From the NCBI GenBank assembly GCA_024704765.1, contig JAKMXF010000288.1:186001-250000 (forward strand): 64,000 bases of DNA, in the 5' to 3' direction. Below are positions 62,078 through 64,000 of the stretch, one piece after another. The position numbers and the translations under genes are program-made. Source of the stretch: Oopsacas minuta (taxonomy: Eukaryota > Animalia > Porifera). How positions within the stretch are numbered: position 1 is the stretch's first letter; the number at the start of each line of letters is the position of its first letter. Under the pieces are notes generated by a model. That model had not been told where the DNA came from. It searched no databases and was given only the letters and a program-made list of their open reading frames with translations.

Positions 62078-62665
62078 ACAGAAATTGTATTTTAGTAATC
62101 TAACTGCTCTGTACTATTTCTCTAATATACCTTATTATGCGACATATAGCCCAGCACGTAGATGCAACAGTAGCGGGCTTCGGGGGAACAAACCGAGCTT
62201 TTGGCCTGGATTTCAAATCCTGGCCGCGGTCCGGCCCCAGGTATACCAGGAAGTCCCTGATTTCCCAACCTTTTTCACCTGTGGACCCAATATACCAATT
62301 TTAACACTTTCTGTAGACCCCCTCCTATCAACTGCAATACGACTTAGCTGGTTCTAGTAGGTTAGGCGGGGACATGACAAGACAGTCACCAACTAAGATC
62401 TTGTAATGCTTCATGGGTATGTTAAAGAAAAATTATTTGGGTCAATTCATATTTTGGGGATACACAGCTGGTCTGTCACGAAATTACTCCTTGAAACTTG
62501 GTCGTGGGACCAAAATTATCATCGTAGAACCATTTTCCAGGAATTTCATCCCCCGACAATTTTCATAGAATTTTGAATTTTCCAGTAACAGGTATTTGAC
62601 CCTGAACTAGGCTCATGACTCGGACACTTTTATAGCTCAATTTTAGTTATCATATCTAGAAATTG

Positions 62666-63514
62666 ATGAGTGACATTGAAGATATTAAAAGTATAAGTAA
62701 CCCTCGCTTAACAAATAGAGATGGTAAACCTACTTGGTTGATTTGTGTTATAAAACGAGAATATTCTACATACACATCAACCCGCGTTCTTAATGGTAAC
62801 CATGGAAACGAGGATTCTCCTTCACAGCATCCTGAAGCAAAGTTCTTTGACCTTTGGTGGAAAAATCCTAGAAAAATATTTCCTGATCTTCCTTTCAATG
62901 AGATTGATAAAATACACTTTCATTTGATTTGGTATACATTGACATCACCCTGTAATAATTGTGTACAACTGATCAAAGGAAATCACCACTTATACAACAC
63001 TCTGAATATATTTACAGCCTCTGTTTATAAAAACTTGAAAGACAATTCGATAGAAGCGAGTAATCGCATTTATGAATTGAGACGTAAGGGTGTGGGAGTC
63101 GAGCCGATATCTGAGGGGGAATATCAACATTTTACGACAGGCCGCGTGGGTCATGAACTACCCCAACTTCCGTTCTTCAATCCTGAACAAGACTTCATTG
63201 ATCTTAGAATTTCATTTACCGCAGACACGACTATAACGACTGATAGAAATCCAAATTCCTTTGAGACAAGATTGTCACCAAGATACGATTCTATAAACCA
63301 ACATTTGGTACCGATCACTAATGAGAGAACTGTTTTAATAGAACCGTTTCCATACCAGGGATCTGCCCCTAGTTACCACCCACAGTTACCGAATACCTAC
63401 CCCTCAGAGGAAGATCATGAATCTGTGACTAACTACAAAGTTATTAAACGTGAGAGATCAAAGAGGAAATTGAAAAGGTTGAAAAGGAAAAATATTTTCA
63501 TTGAAGACAATTGA
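62666..63514 (+). CDS. AID/APOBEC-like zinc-dependent cytidine deaminase with low-complexity and basic C-terminal tail
   Basis: First ATG at 62666. HPE (residues 55-57) and WYTLTSPCNNC (Cys96/Cys99); also TWLICVIKR and LNIFTASVY..LRRKGVGV. Confidence 0.85.
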   Translation: MSDIEDIKSISNPRLTNRDGKPTWLICVIKREYSTYTSTRVLNGNHGNEDSPSQHPEAKFFDLWWKNPRKIFPDLPFNEIDKIHFHLIWYTLTSPCNNCVQLIKGNHHLYNTLNIFTASVYKNLKDNSIEASNRIYELRRKGVGVEPISEGEYQHFTTGRVGHELPQLPFFNPEQDFIDLRISFTADTTITTDRNPNSFETRLSPRYDSINQHLVPITNERTVLIEPFPYQGSAPSYHPQLPNTYPSEEDHESVTNYKVIKRERSKRKLKRLKRKNIFIEDN

Positions 63515-63566
63515 GCTTTTATTTTATGCTTTTTTGATTTTATTATTTGAATATTACACATAATGT

Positions 63567-63611
63567 GTTGTTTGTTTGTTGTTTGTTTGTTGTTTGTTGT
63601 TGTTGTTGTTG
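63567..63611 (+). repeat. GT-rich (TTTG/TTG)n tract downstream of the deaminase stop
   Basis: gttgtttgtttgttgtttgtttgttgtttgttgttgttgttg. Confidence 0.85.
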
Positions 63612-63660
63612 ACATTCAATTTGCACAGAGACTTCTATTTCATTATATTAGAGATTATCT

Positions 63661-63697
63661 ATGGCAGAAAGAAATGATAGAAATGATAATATGCCAG
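63661..63697 (+). CDS. Probable first coding exon of a further gene running off the right edge
   Basis: ATG GCA GAA AGA AAT GAT AGA AAT GAT AAT ATG CCA G|GTGAGT strong donor; preceded by ttatattag. Confidence 0.4.
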
Positions 63698-63721
63698 GTG
63701 AGTATTTAATAATCACACCTA

Positions 63722-63870
63722 CAGTCAACTCCCATTATATCTAACACGGTTATATCGAAGTGTGGAATTATACAACTAAGGTCACAAACCGTCAAAGTAA
63801 CACATATTCCATCAGTTATATCGAACTAATTATCACGGTCCCTTGAGCTCCGATTTTACGGAGCTAACTG
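63722..63870. mobile_element. CAGT-type MITE
   Basis: TA|CAGTCAACTCCC ... GGAGCTAACTG|TA with internal attatcacggtcccttgagc. Confidence 0.75.
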
Positions 63871-64000
63871 TATTTTGCTGTTTCTTATCATACACGAATG
63901 TTTTGTCAAGAGTTACTTGATTTATGTACATCAAATATTCCTTGACTTCCCCCATTTCCCCTTATTTAAGATTTCAATAGATTCAAATTTAGAGGATCAT

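Overview
Gene-dense, AT-rich eukaryotic (animal) genomic DNA with GT-AG introns. I found no rRNA, tRNA, CRISPR or prokaryotic operon features. About 25 protein-coding genes can be read and most lie on the minus strand: AAAS (partial), PGGT1B, CCDC191, UBE2F, a 204-aa repeat protein, CORO7, a secreted alpha/beta-hydrolase, GPI, liprin-beta, MRPS25, an RNF19-type RBR ligase, DENND11, a ~15-kb astacin-CUB-EGF-array-CUB-CUB protease gene, RBM34, two small single-pass membrane proteins, an hnRNP K-like KH protein, two coiled-coil/NHL proteins, NCF4 (p40phox), IQCG/DRC9, TMEM63/OSCA and an AID/APOBEC-like deaminase. Non-coding DNA is full of short non-autonomous DNA transposons: TA-flanked CAGT...ACTG MITEs and hAT-like elements. 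The compact layout, the intron-poor conserved genes and the NHL family suggest an early-branching animal, possibly a glass sponge. That is inference and cannot be confirmed from sequence alone. Top leads: (1) a secreted, catalytically dead serine-carboxypeptidase scaffold carrying a ~170-aa poly-His/Cys/Pro insert, a candidate biosilica or metal-binding protein; (2) an intronless cytidine deaminase that aligns motif-for-motif with vertebrate AID; (3) the His-rich gene and RBM34 both nested on the same strand inside introns of the protease gene, which has an unusual domain architecture. Exon boundaries were read by eye. The supplied ORF track allows TTG/GTG starts, so several starts were moved to the first ATG.
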